From: Candidatus Poribacteria bacterium
Lineage (GTDB): Bacteria > Poribacteria > WGA-4E > GCA-2687025
Assembly: GCA_963665845.2 (NCBI GenBank)
Contig: OY762492.1
Location: 544,001-608,000, forward strand
Reading direction: 5' to 3'
Length of the DNA stretch: 64,000 nt
Part shown: piece after piece, positions 18,666 to 26,246 of the stretch
Layout of the letters: each line of letters opens with the position of its first letter
Numbering within the stretch: position 1 is the first letter of the stretch
Position numbers and translations under genes: made by a program
The notes under the pieces: model-generated
The model's input: the letters and a program-made list of their open reading frames with translations, nothing else
Databases searched by the model: none
What the model was told of the DNA's origin: nothing

Positions 18666-19430
18666 ATGAAGTTCGGAATCCGCGACGGAATGCTGCGAGT
18701 TCCGTTTGAAGAACGGTTTCAAAAAGCGGGCGAGCTGGGATTTGACGGCGTGGAGCTGTGCCTCGGCGGCGACTACCGGCAGCACCCGCTTTTCTCGGAT
18801 GAAGGCGTTGAGAAGCTGCTGAAGCTGTCTGAAGAGGCGGGCGTCGCCGTCTCATCCTTCTCGCCGGGCGCGTTTACCGGCGTTTCATACCTGAACCCTG
18901 ACGACGACAAGCGGCGGGAAGGCATTGAAAAGCTGAATCATCTGTCGAACGTCGCGCCGCAATTCGGCGTGGAAGCGATACTGGTGCCGTTCTTCGGCGG
19001 AGGCGCCATACCCGCCGACCGCGTGACCGATCAGCGGCTCATCGACGGCGTCAGGGAAACTGCGGAGACCGCCGCAGAAAACGGCGTCACGCTCGCGCTG
19101 GAAACGACCCTGAACGCGGAGCAGCATATCGCGCTCATCGACGCCGCCGACTGCGGATCGGTCGCCGTCTATTACGACATGGGCAACGCGACCAGCGCCG
19201 GCTACGACTCGCCCAGCGAAATACGCCGACTCGGCTCCAAGTATATCGGCAGGATTCACATGAAAGACACGGGCGGCAACCACCTCGGCGAAGGCGGCGT
19301 CGACTTTGACGCGGTCGGGCAAGCGATCAAGGCGATTGGTTACGACTCATGGCTGGTGCTGGAGACGCCGGCTCCGGGGGACGCATCGAACCGCAAAAAT
19401 CTTGATTTCACGCGCAATCTTGCGGCGTGA
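18666..19430 (+). CDS. Sugar phosphate isomerase/epimerase (AP endonuclease 2 TIM barrel)
   Basis: GFDGVEL, LALET, YYDMGN, IHMKD and LVLET. TTGAAC-17 nt-TATCAT promoter at 18600-18628. Confidence 0.88.
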   Translation: MKFGIRDGMLRVPFEERFQKAGELGFDGVELCLGGDYRQHPLFSDEGVEKLLKLSEEAGVAVSSFSPGAFTGVSYLNPDDDKRREGIEKLNHLSNVAPQFGVEAILVPFFGGGAIPADRVTDQRLIDGVRETAETAAENGVTLALETTLNAEQHIALIDAADCGSVAVYYDMGNATSAGYDSPSEIRRLGSKYIGRIHMKDTGGNHLGEGGVDFDAVGQAIKAIGYDSWLVLETPAPGDASNRKNLDFTRNLAA

Positions 19431-19442
19431 CTGGACGCGCGC

Positions 19443-21047
19443 ATGACCCTGGAGGCTGTGTGGCCCGCGCTTCTGCTTGGGGCGTTGACATTGTCGCTCG
19501 GCTGGGGCGTTCGCGGCAATTTTGGACATGAATCGGGGGCGGCTCTGCCCGGCGCGCTGGCGGCAATGGCGCTGGTCCTGGCGTCCGGCCGCCCCGACTG
19601 GATGGAGCGGATTCATCTGATCGCGCTCGCCGCCGCCCTCGGATGGTCAATCGGCGGCAGCATGTCCTACATGCAGGTTGTCGGATACACCCATTCTGGA
19701 CATGCGCCAACCGTTCTCTACGGATTTGCGAACCTGTTTGCGATCGGTTTTCTGTGGGCATTTCCCGGCGGAATCGGCTTCGGCATGGCGGCGTCGCTTC
19801 CCGCTGAACAGATAACGCTCTTCCTAACGCCGATCGGAGCGGCTGTCGGCGGCTGGATTTTACAGGAGGCGCTGGTCGACAGGTTCGTCAAAACGCCCTC
19901 CAACCGGCGCCATGAAAGCCCGCTTTACTGGCGCGACTCCGACTGGCTAGAGGCGTTGACCGCCGCGGCGGCTTTCGGACTTGTCGCGCTGTTTCGCGGC
20001 GGCTTTGACATCGCCACCTCATTTCTGACGCATCTGGCGGTCGGCTGGTACGGCGGCTTTCTTGTTCTGGCGATGGCGCTCAACTGGCGCATGACGCCCC
20101 CGCGCGGAGACAACTGGGCGGGCTGCGTCGGCGTATGCGCCGGCGCGGCGGTCTTCTGCCTGCGCGAATCGATGACCGGCATACTCGCCGCCGCGCTCAT
20201 CGCGGCGCTGATTGGCGGCGTCGGTTTCGCCTTCGCCCAGATACTGAAACTGATCTGGATACGAACAGGCTTGCAGGCGAACTGGCACAGCGGCATGGAG
20301 CAGAAACAGGGCGCGTTCTTCGGTTTAGGCTTCGCCGCCGCGATGCTGTTTTTGGCGGGGCGCGCGCCGATCCGTCTGGGAGAGAGGCTGCCGCTCGGCG
20401 CGCATCTGTTCGCGCTCGCGTTTCTACTGGTTGCGCTGCTATACGTGAACCACCGCAAAGCGGCCGGCGCATGGGTTCAACAGATCGACTCGCTGCCTGA
20501 ACGCATGTACGGGCTGCCGGTTGTGGGATGGCTGCGCGGCTCGCGCGGCTGGTTGGGCTGGTTTGAACTGCTGTATCTATGCGTCGGGGCGGTCGTTTTA
20601 GGGCTGACATGGGCGCATGACAAGATCGGTCTGCCGTTCGTTCCGTCGTCCGCGTTCGGACGCGGTCAGGCGCTTTGCTTGCTGTTTATGTTCTGGATCG
20701 TTCTCTTTAATTTCGAACGCGCCCTTCCCAGTTTCGCTCCCGGCCGTTTGATGACGGAGGGAACCATCGCGCTGAACGCCCTTGTCTGCGCGGCGCTGAT
20801 CGGTCTTCTGCCGCTGTGGACAGCGGAGCGGACGGTTTCGTCGGCTCACGAGCTGACAGGCGCCTTTTTTGGTTCTGTTTTAGGTTACGGCTTCCTCGCC
20901 GCGGCCGGCGTCACGGCGCTGGGATGGACGGTCTCCCGCGCCTTGTTCGGCAAGAAACATGCGCCCGGCGCCGGGCTGCATATCCGCTTTGGACCTGACC
21001 GAAACGCCATCGCAGAGAAACCGAAACGCGGCTCCCGTCATCCTTAG
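19443..21047 (+). CDS. Conserved hypothetical polytopic membrane protein
   Basis: Many TM segments, GWGVRGNFGHE and GGSMSYMQV motifs. Confidence 0.8.
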   Translation: MTLEAVWPALLLGALTLSLGWGVRGNFGHESGAALPGALAAMALVLASGRPDWMERIHLIALAAALGWSIGGSMSYMQVVGYTHSGHAPTVLYGFANLFAIGFLWAFPGGIGFGMAASLPAEQITLFLTPIGAAVGGWILQEALVDRFVKTPSNRRHESPLYWRDSDWLEALTAAAAFGLVALFRGGFDIATSFLTHLAVGWYGGFLVLAMALNWRMTPPRGDNWAGCVGVCAGAAVFCLRESMTGILAAALIAALIGGVGFAFAQILKLIWIRTGLQANWHSGMEQKQGAFFGLGFAAAMLFLAGRAPIRLGERLPLGAHLFALAFLLVALLYVNHRKAAGAWVQQIDSLPERMYGLPVVGWLRGSRGWLGWFELLYLCVGAVVLGLTWAHDKIGLPFVPSSAFGRGQALCLLFMFWIVLFNFERALPSFAPGRLMTEGTIALNALVCAALIGLLPLWTAERTVSSAHELTGAFFGSVLGYGFLAAAGVTALGWTVSRALFGKKHAPGAGLHIRFGPDRNAIAEKPKRGSRHP

Positions 21048-21108
21048 CTTGACGAAACGCGCTCATGTCCCATTTCGTTATGAGAGGCAAAGATGAGCGT
21101 TCAAAACG

Positions 21109-22824
21109 ATGGACAAGAAAAAGTACCGCGTACTGCGCAGCCTGTCCGAACTGGAGCCGTATCCTGTACTGGCGGTCGACACGGAGTGCGATTCGCTCAA
21201 TAAGATGCAAGCGCGCCTGTCGGGCGTCTCCTTCTGCGGAGAGCCTGGGCGCGCCTTCTGGCTCCCAGCCGAACATCTGCGCCCCCGACCCTTAGAGCGG
21301 CTGCTGCGCTCCAAACGGCTCATCTTCCACCATGCCAAATTCGACCTGACGCTCCTGCAGCGCCACGGCGTGGACTTAACCGACGCGGACCTCTTCGACA
21401 CGCTCATCGCGGCTCATCTGCTGGACGAAAACCGTTCAAAGTCGCTCAAACGGCTCGCGCATGACCTCCTCGGCGACGCCTCGGCGTTAGAAAACGAAGG
21501 CTATTTTGACGACCTGTATCAACGCCGCCTCTTCGGCGACAAGCCGACGCTGGAGCAATACGCCTGCGCGGACGCCGACTACACCTTTCAGCTTTATCTG
21601 CGGTTGAAGCCGCATATTGACCTGGAGCCGACGCTCGCGCACCTGTACTACACATGCGAACTGCCGACGATGCGCGTCCTGCGCAAGATGGAAATGACCG
21701 GCTTTCTGATCGATACGGAGCATCTAAAGCGGATCGGAAACGCTTACCGCCGGCGCATGCAGACGCTAGACCTGGAAATATGGGGGGCGGCGGGCAGGCA
21801 TTTCCGCGTCAACTCGCCCGTAGAAATCGCCCGCATCCTCTACACAGAACTAGACCTCCCATCAACGCGGCAAACCCGCCGGGGGCGTCCGTCGGTCAAC
21901 CAATGGGCTTTAGAAGCGCTTCGCCACCGCCATCCTGTCGTCCCCCTGCTGTTAGAGCGTCGGGAACTGAAAACGCTGCTGGACAATTATATCGACAAAC
22001 TGCCCCAGCTTACCCACCCCAAAACGGGGCGCATCCACTGCAGCTTCAACCAAACAGGTACAGTGACCGGCAGGCTCTCCTCCAACGACCCGAATCTGCA
22101 GGCGATACCGAGGGGCGACGCGGTGCGCTCCGCGTTTGTGGCAGGCGAAGGGCGCGTTCTGATCGATGTCGACTTTTCCCAAGTAGAGCTCCGCTGCGCC
22201 GCCCATTATGCGCAGGACCCGAAGATGATGGCGGCGTTTCAGCAGGAGGTGGACCTTCACAAGAAAACGATCGCCGATATGCTCCATAAGCCCATCGAAG
22301 ACGTGACCCCCGAAGAGCGCGCCCTCGCCAAAGCGATCAACTTTGGACTCATCTACGGCATGGGGGCAAAGTCGCTCTCGGCGACGACGGGGCTGTCGTT
22401 GACCGAAGCGGAAGCGTTTATCGACGCCTATTTCACCGCCTACAAAAAACTGCGCAGCATACGCAAGGAGGTCTTGGCATACACGCGCAAGCGGCGTTAT
22501 ATCGTCAGCATGTTTGGACGGCGGCGCCGTTTCCCGACAGGCGACGCGCGAACCGCCTTCAACTCCATGTTACAGGGAACGGCGGCGGACATCTGCCGCG
22601 CAAAGATGATCCGCCTAGACAGCGAGCTGCCGCCCGACACGCAGATGCTGGCGCAAATCCATGACGAGATCGTCTTTGAAGCGCCAGCCGAATGCGCCGA
22701 AGAGCGCGTCCAGCAGATCGTGGACATCATGCAGGCCCCGGTGCGCGGCTACAACAACCGCCCCTTCCGCGTCCCGATCCGCGTTGAAGCGGGCTACGGA
22801 CCCAACTGGGGCGCCGCCAAATAA
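21109..22824 (+). CDS. Family A DNA polymerase, Klenow-like (no 5'-3' nuclease)
   Basis: Exo I VDTE, Exo II HAKFD, Exo III YACAD. Polymerase motifs DFSQVELR, RALAKAINFGLIYG and QIHDEI. Confidence 0.93.
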   Translation: MDKKKYRVLRSLSELEPYPVLAVDTECDSLNKMQARLSGVSFCGEPGRAFWLPAEHLRPRPLERLLRSKRLIFHHAKFDLTLLQRHGVDLTDADLFDTLIAAHLLDENRSKSLKRLAHDLLGDASALENEGYFDDLYQRRLFGDKPTLEQYACADADYTFQLYLRLKPHIDLEPTLAHLYYTCELPTMRVLRKMEMTGFLIDTEHLKRIGNAYRRRMQTLDLEIWGAAGRHFRVNSPVEIARILYTELDLPSTRQTRRGRPSVNQWALEALRHRHPVVPLLLERRELKTLLDNYIDKLPQLTHPKTGRIHCSFNQTGTVTGRLSSNDPNLQAIPRGDAVRSAFVAGEGRVLIDVDFSQVELRCAAHYAQDPKMMAAFQQEVDLHKKTIADMLHKPIEDVTPEERALAKAINFGLIYGMGAKSLSATTGLSLTEAEAFIDAYFTAYKKLRSIRKEVLAYTRKRRYIVSMFGRRRRFPTGDARTAFNSMLQGTAADICRAKMIRLDSELPPDTQMLAQIHDEIVFEAPAECAEERVQQIVDIMQAPVRGYNNRPFRVPIRVEAGYGPNWGAAK

Positions 22825-22827
22825 GGT

Positions 22828-24015
22828 TTACGCCAGCGCCTTGGCGATCCGCTTTACGCCTTCCTCAATCGTCTCCGCCGACGCCGCAAACGACAGGCGA
22901 ATGCATCGGTCGTCCCCGAACGCGCCGCCCGGAACGACCGCCGTCTGAACCGCCTCCAAAAGATAATCGGCGAGATCGAAGGAGCTTTCGATCCGCTTGC
23001 CGCCCAGCTCCCGCCCGTAATGCGCCGAGACGTTCGGGAACACATAAAACGCCCCCTGCGGACGCGCATAGGTGACGCCCTCGATGCCGTCCAGCAGCCC
23101 GCAGATCAGATCGCGCCGCTCTTGAAACGCTTCGCGCATGACGGCGACCGCGTCCTGCGGTCCGGTCAACGCTTCCAGCGCCGCTTTCTGCGCGATGGAG
23201 GTCGGGTTGGAGGTGCTGTGGCTCTGAATGCCCGCCATCGCCTTGACAAGAGACGCCGGACCGACCGTCCAGCCGACGCGCCAGCCCGTCATGGAGTAGG
23301 TCTTGGAGACGGCGTTGAAAATGACCGTCAGCGACTCCATCCCAGGACGCAGCGCCGCAAGGCTGTAAAACGGCAGATTGTCAAAAACCAGCTCATCGTA
23401 AATCTCGTCCGCGACAACATACAGATCATGTTCCAGCGCCAGCTCCGCCAGCGCTTCCAGCCGTTCCAGCGAATACATGGTGCCGGTCGGGTTGCTGGGG
23501 CTGTTGACGATGAACGCCTTCGTTCGGTCGGTTACGGCGGCGCGGGCGGCGTCCGGCGAGAGGGTGTAATTGTCCGCCTCCTCCGTCTCCACGACGACCG
23601 GGACGCCCCCCGCCAGTTTCACCATCTCGGTGTAGCTGACCCAGTAAGGCGCGGCGATGATCACCTCGTCGCCAGGGTCGCAGACGGCTTGAAAAAAGTT
23701 GTAAAGGGCATGCTTGCCGCCGCATGAGATCAGCACGTTTTCGGCGGCGTAATCGATGCCGTGCGTTTTTTGGAACCGCGCGGCGACCGCGTTTTTCAGC
23801 TCAACGGTTCCGGAAGCGGGGGTGTATTTGGTGAAGCCCGCGTCCAGCGCGTCTTTGGCGGCGTCTTTGATGTTGTCGGGCGTGTCAAAATCAGGCTCGC
23901 CCGCTCCAAAACCGATCACATCCAGCCCCTCGGCTTGCATCGCTTTCGCTTTGGCGCTGATGGCGAGCGTCGCCGAGGGGGTGACTCCCTGCGCCCGTTT
24001 CGATAATGCTTTGAT
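22828..24015 (-). CDS. aspC: Class I PLP-dependent (aspartate) aminotransferase
   Basis: GEPDFDTP, NSPSNPTG, DEIY and SKTYSMTGWRVG. Conserved N-terminus extends to an ATC codon at 24015. Confidence 0.9.
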   Translation of the reverse strand: MKALSKRAQGVTPSATLAISAKAKAMQAEGLDVIGFGAGEPDFDTPDNIKDAAKDALDAGFTKYTPASGTVELKNAVAARFQKTHGIDYAAENVLISCGGKHALYNFFQAVCDPGDEVIIAAPYWVSYTEMVKLAGGVPVVVETEEADNYTLSPDAARAAVTDRTKAFIVNSPSNPTGTMYSLERLEALAELALEHDLYVVADEIYDELVFDNLPFYSLAALRPGMESLTVIFNAVSKTYSMTGWRVGWTVGPASLVKAMAGIQSHSTSNPTSIAQKAALEALTGPQDAVAVMREAFQERRDLICGLLDGIEGVTYARPQGAFYVFPNVSAHYGRELGGKRIESSFDLADYLLEAVQTAVVPGGAFGDDRCIRLSFAASAETIEEGVKRIAKALA

Positions 24016-24062
24016 GGTTCCGCCCTTTCTTCTCTCTTCAAGTACGGCGTCAACTCAATAAA

Positions 24063-24230
24063 CTGACCGCATGTCTAAAATTGGGACAGCTGAACGACCA
24101 AAGCCTTTATTCATGGGAAAAAGGCGTTGCCGACCAGTTCGTCATTCCCGCGTAAGCGGGAATCTAGGGGCGCCTTAGAGGCAGTCCGCGTTCGCCTTCC
24201 GACATGTCCCAACTAAAGACGTAAGGTCAG
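24063..24230 (+). mobile_element. 168-bp MITE inserted in the aspC 5' region
   Basis: CTGACC...GGTCAG TIRs, with ataaa on both flanks. Confidence 0.88.
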
Positions 24231-24235
24231 ATAAA

Positions 24236-24264
24236 ACGCTAACGCGCGCGGCGGCGAAGGTCAA
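24236..24264 (-). promoter_or_regulatory. Putative aspC promoter
   Basis: Minus strand TTGACC-17 nt-TAGCGT. Confidence 0.5.
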
Positions 24265-24265
24265 T

Positions 24266-24300
24266 AAAAAATCCCCTGCCCGTAGCGGAGGGGAGGGGAT
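24266..24300 (-). terminator. Intrinsic terminator
   Basis: AUCCCCUCCCC-loop-GGGCAGGGGAU followed by UUUUU. Confidence 0.8.
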
Positions 24301-24349
24301 CAAACAAACCAAGGTTTCCACGAAGGAAACCAACTAGAAAGGAGATTAC
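24266..24349 (-). ncRNA. Candidate ~85-nt sRNA with anti-SD seed
   Basis: Own promoter, 5' UCUCCUUUCU, GGUUUCC/GGAAACC hairpin, terminator hairpin plus U run, no meaningful ORF. Confidence 0.6.
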
Positions 24350-24354
24350 GGTTG

Positions 24355-24383
24355 AGCATACATGGGCTTGGGGCGGGAGTCAA
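24355..24383 (-). promoter_or_regulatory. Sigma70 promoter of the candidate sRNA
   Basis: TTGACT-17 nt-TATGCT. Confidence 0.7.
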
Positions 24384-24556
24384 GAAAAAGATTCTGACAG
24401 CAGTACCTATAGGCGATGATCTTTATTTGCGCGGCGGCCCGCCGATCCAGGCCGTCATTCCCGCGCAAGCGGGAATCCAGAGTTTCCCAAACAGCCGCTT
24501 GCCCCGCCGCTATAAGCATAGGCAAACCGCGCAAACATGCAACGGCAGAAAGTAAC

Positions 24557-24585
24557 TTGACGTCTATTGCGGTAAGCGGTATACA
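24557..24585 (+). promoter_or_regulatory. Sigma70 promoter of the R-M operon
   Basis: TTGACG-17 nt-TATACA. Confidence 0.65.
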
Positions 24586-24606
24586 AACAGAGCGGGGAAG
24601 GAGACG

Positions 24607-25560
24607 ATGATGGAATCTAGCGAAACGGTCAAGGACAGAGCAGTCAACTGTATTTTGACGGGCGACGCCAGGGATCATATTCCCGGTCTGCCTCCTGTTG
24701 ACTTGAGTTTCTGGTCGCCTCCTTACTATGTCGGCAAATCCTATGAGCATGATTGGACATTTAACGACTGGCAAACTTTATTGCGGGATGTGATCGCTCT
24801 GCATGCGGACGCGGTCAAGCCTGGCGGATTTATGGTAGTGAACATTGGAGACATCCTCTGCTTTGCCGATCCCGCGATGCCGCGATTCCAGGCTGATAAT
24901 GTTCGCCGAAAGAGATGCCCCGTAACGAGGGAAGACGTTCTTGCGGCGATGGCTGAAAATCCAGACTGGAACCGATACCAGATCGCGGCGTTTCTTGGCT
25001 GCTCCGAGCAGACTGTCCAAAGGCGGCTTGAAGGCAACAATGTTCGGGGAGGCAAAAACGGAGTCCAGACGCGAGTCCTGTTGACAGGCCATATGGTATG
25101 CGAGTGGGCAACCAATACAGGCTTCTACCTGTATGATCGGCGCATCTGGCACAAGGATCCCTGTTGGGCGAACAGCCGCTGGCACTCGAATTCCTACCGG
25201 GCGGTAGACGAGTTTGAGTACATCTATGTTTTTTGGCGTCCTGGGGTTGTGAAGTACGACCGCGAACGCCTGGACGCCGAAGAATGGGCGCAATGGGGGT
25301 CGCGCGGAGTATGGTCCATTCCCTCGGTGCCGCGCAATGATCGGCACGAAGCCGAATTCCCCGAAGAATTGGCAAGGCGCGTGATCCTTTTATTTTCGCC
25401 TCATGCCGGAACCGTGTTGGACCCGTTTGTTGGAAGCGGAACGACCACCTCGGTTGCCCGCCGTCTAGGGCGCGAGTGGATCGGAATAGATAGGGACCCC
25501 AAGAGCGCCTGCATCGCAGAACGGCGAACGATGCAAGAACGGAATAATTGTGCATCCTGA
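24607..25560 (+). CDS. Beta-class N4-cytosine/N6-adenine DNA methyltransferase
   Basis: SPPY precedes HEAEFP and DPFVGSGTT. Confidence 0.92.
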   Translation: MMESSETVKDRAVNCILTGDARDHIPGLPPVDLSFWSPPYYVGKSYEHDWTFNDWQTLLRDVIALHADAVKPGGFMVVNIGDILCFADPAMPRFQADNVRRKRCPVTREDVLAAMAENPDWNRYQIAAFLGCSEQTVQRRLEGNNVRGGKNGVQTRVLLTGHMVCEWATNTGFYLYDRRIWHKDPCWANSRWHSNSYRAVDEFEYIYVFWRPGVVKYDRERLDAEEWAQWGSRGVWSIPSVPRNDRHEAEFPEELARRVILLFSPHAGTVLDPFVGSGTTTSVARRLGREWIGIDRDPKSACIAERRTMQERNNCAS

Positions 25561-26194
25561 CCGCATAGAACTTCTGGAGCGCGCAGCGCTGTCTCTCGTA
25601 GTTCAGGCGTTAAAAGATTATCGCACCACAGCCGCGACGATTTTTCGTGAAGAAACAGATGAGCCGCAAGACATTGCGGAGGATGTGACCCGAGAGGCGC
25701 TGGAGGAAATGGGAGTCTCAGGAATTAAGGAGCGGCTATACGGCAAGGTGGACGTGAAGAAGGCCATCTACCTCTTCCTCCCTGAAGTTCAACCCGTCGC
25801 GCTCATGCTTGACGCCAAGGCCGAAAAAGGCGACGAGCGTTCTGCCACGATACAGATGTCCCAAACATCCATGCGGGTTCGAATGTACCGCAAGGGTCAG
25901 GCGATAGACGAGGCAGGCAAACTGGATACGGTTATCAGACGGGGAAATCGCGATCTTGTTGTTGTGACGATCGTGGCAAAGTACCTCTACCAAGAACCTG
26001 GCGCTCTGAAAAAGATCATCGTTGCCTGCATTCCGAACGGCCTCCTCCAGAATCGATATAATCCCACCGCGGACGACACAATCTGGCGGATTGGTCGAGA
26101 CGCGCCCACGCTAGGCGAGGATTTTCGGGTTCGGCTCAGCTATCCGAAGCTCCGCCATAAGGCTGAGTGGCGGGTAGTTGAGGTGATCGTATGA
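25550..26194 (+). CDS. SfiI/BglI-like type II restriction endonuclease
   Basis: EDVTREAL, RLYGKVDVK, LDAKAEK, IQMSQTSM and GEDFRVR resemble the SfiI family. Overlaps the MTase gene. Confidence 0.75.
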   Translation: MHPDRIELLERAALSLVVQALKDYRTTAATIFREETDEPQDIAEDVTREALEEMGVSGIKERLYGKVDVKKAIYLFLPEVQPVALMLDAKAEKGDERSATIQMSQTSMRVRMYRKGQAIDEAGKLDTVIRRGNRDLVVVTIVAKYLYQEPGALKKIIVACIPNGLLQNRYNPTADDTIWRIGRDAPTLGEDFRVRLSYPKLRHKAEWRVVEVIV

Positions 26195-26246
26195 CGACAG
26201 CTGGGACCGCGGAGTCGGCATGTTCCGGACCTTGTTGATGACGATC

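Noticed and set aside
21109-26194. Prophage around the polymerase and R-M genes
   Set aside because: No integrase, structural genes or att sites seen, and a housekeeping aminotransferase lies in between.
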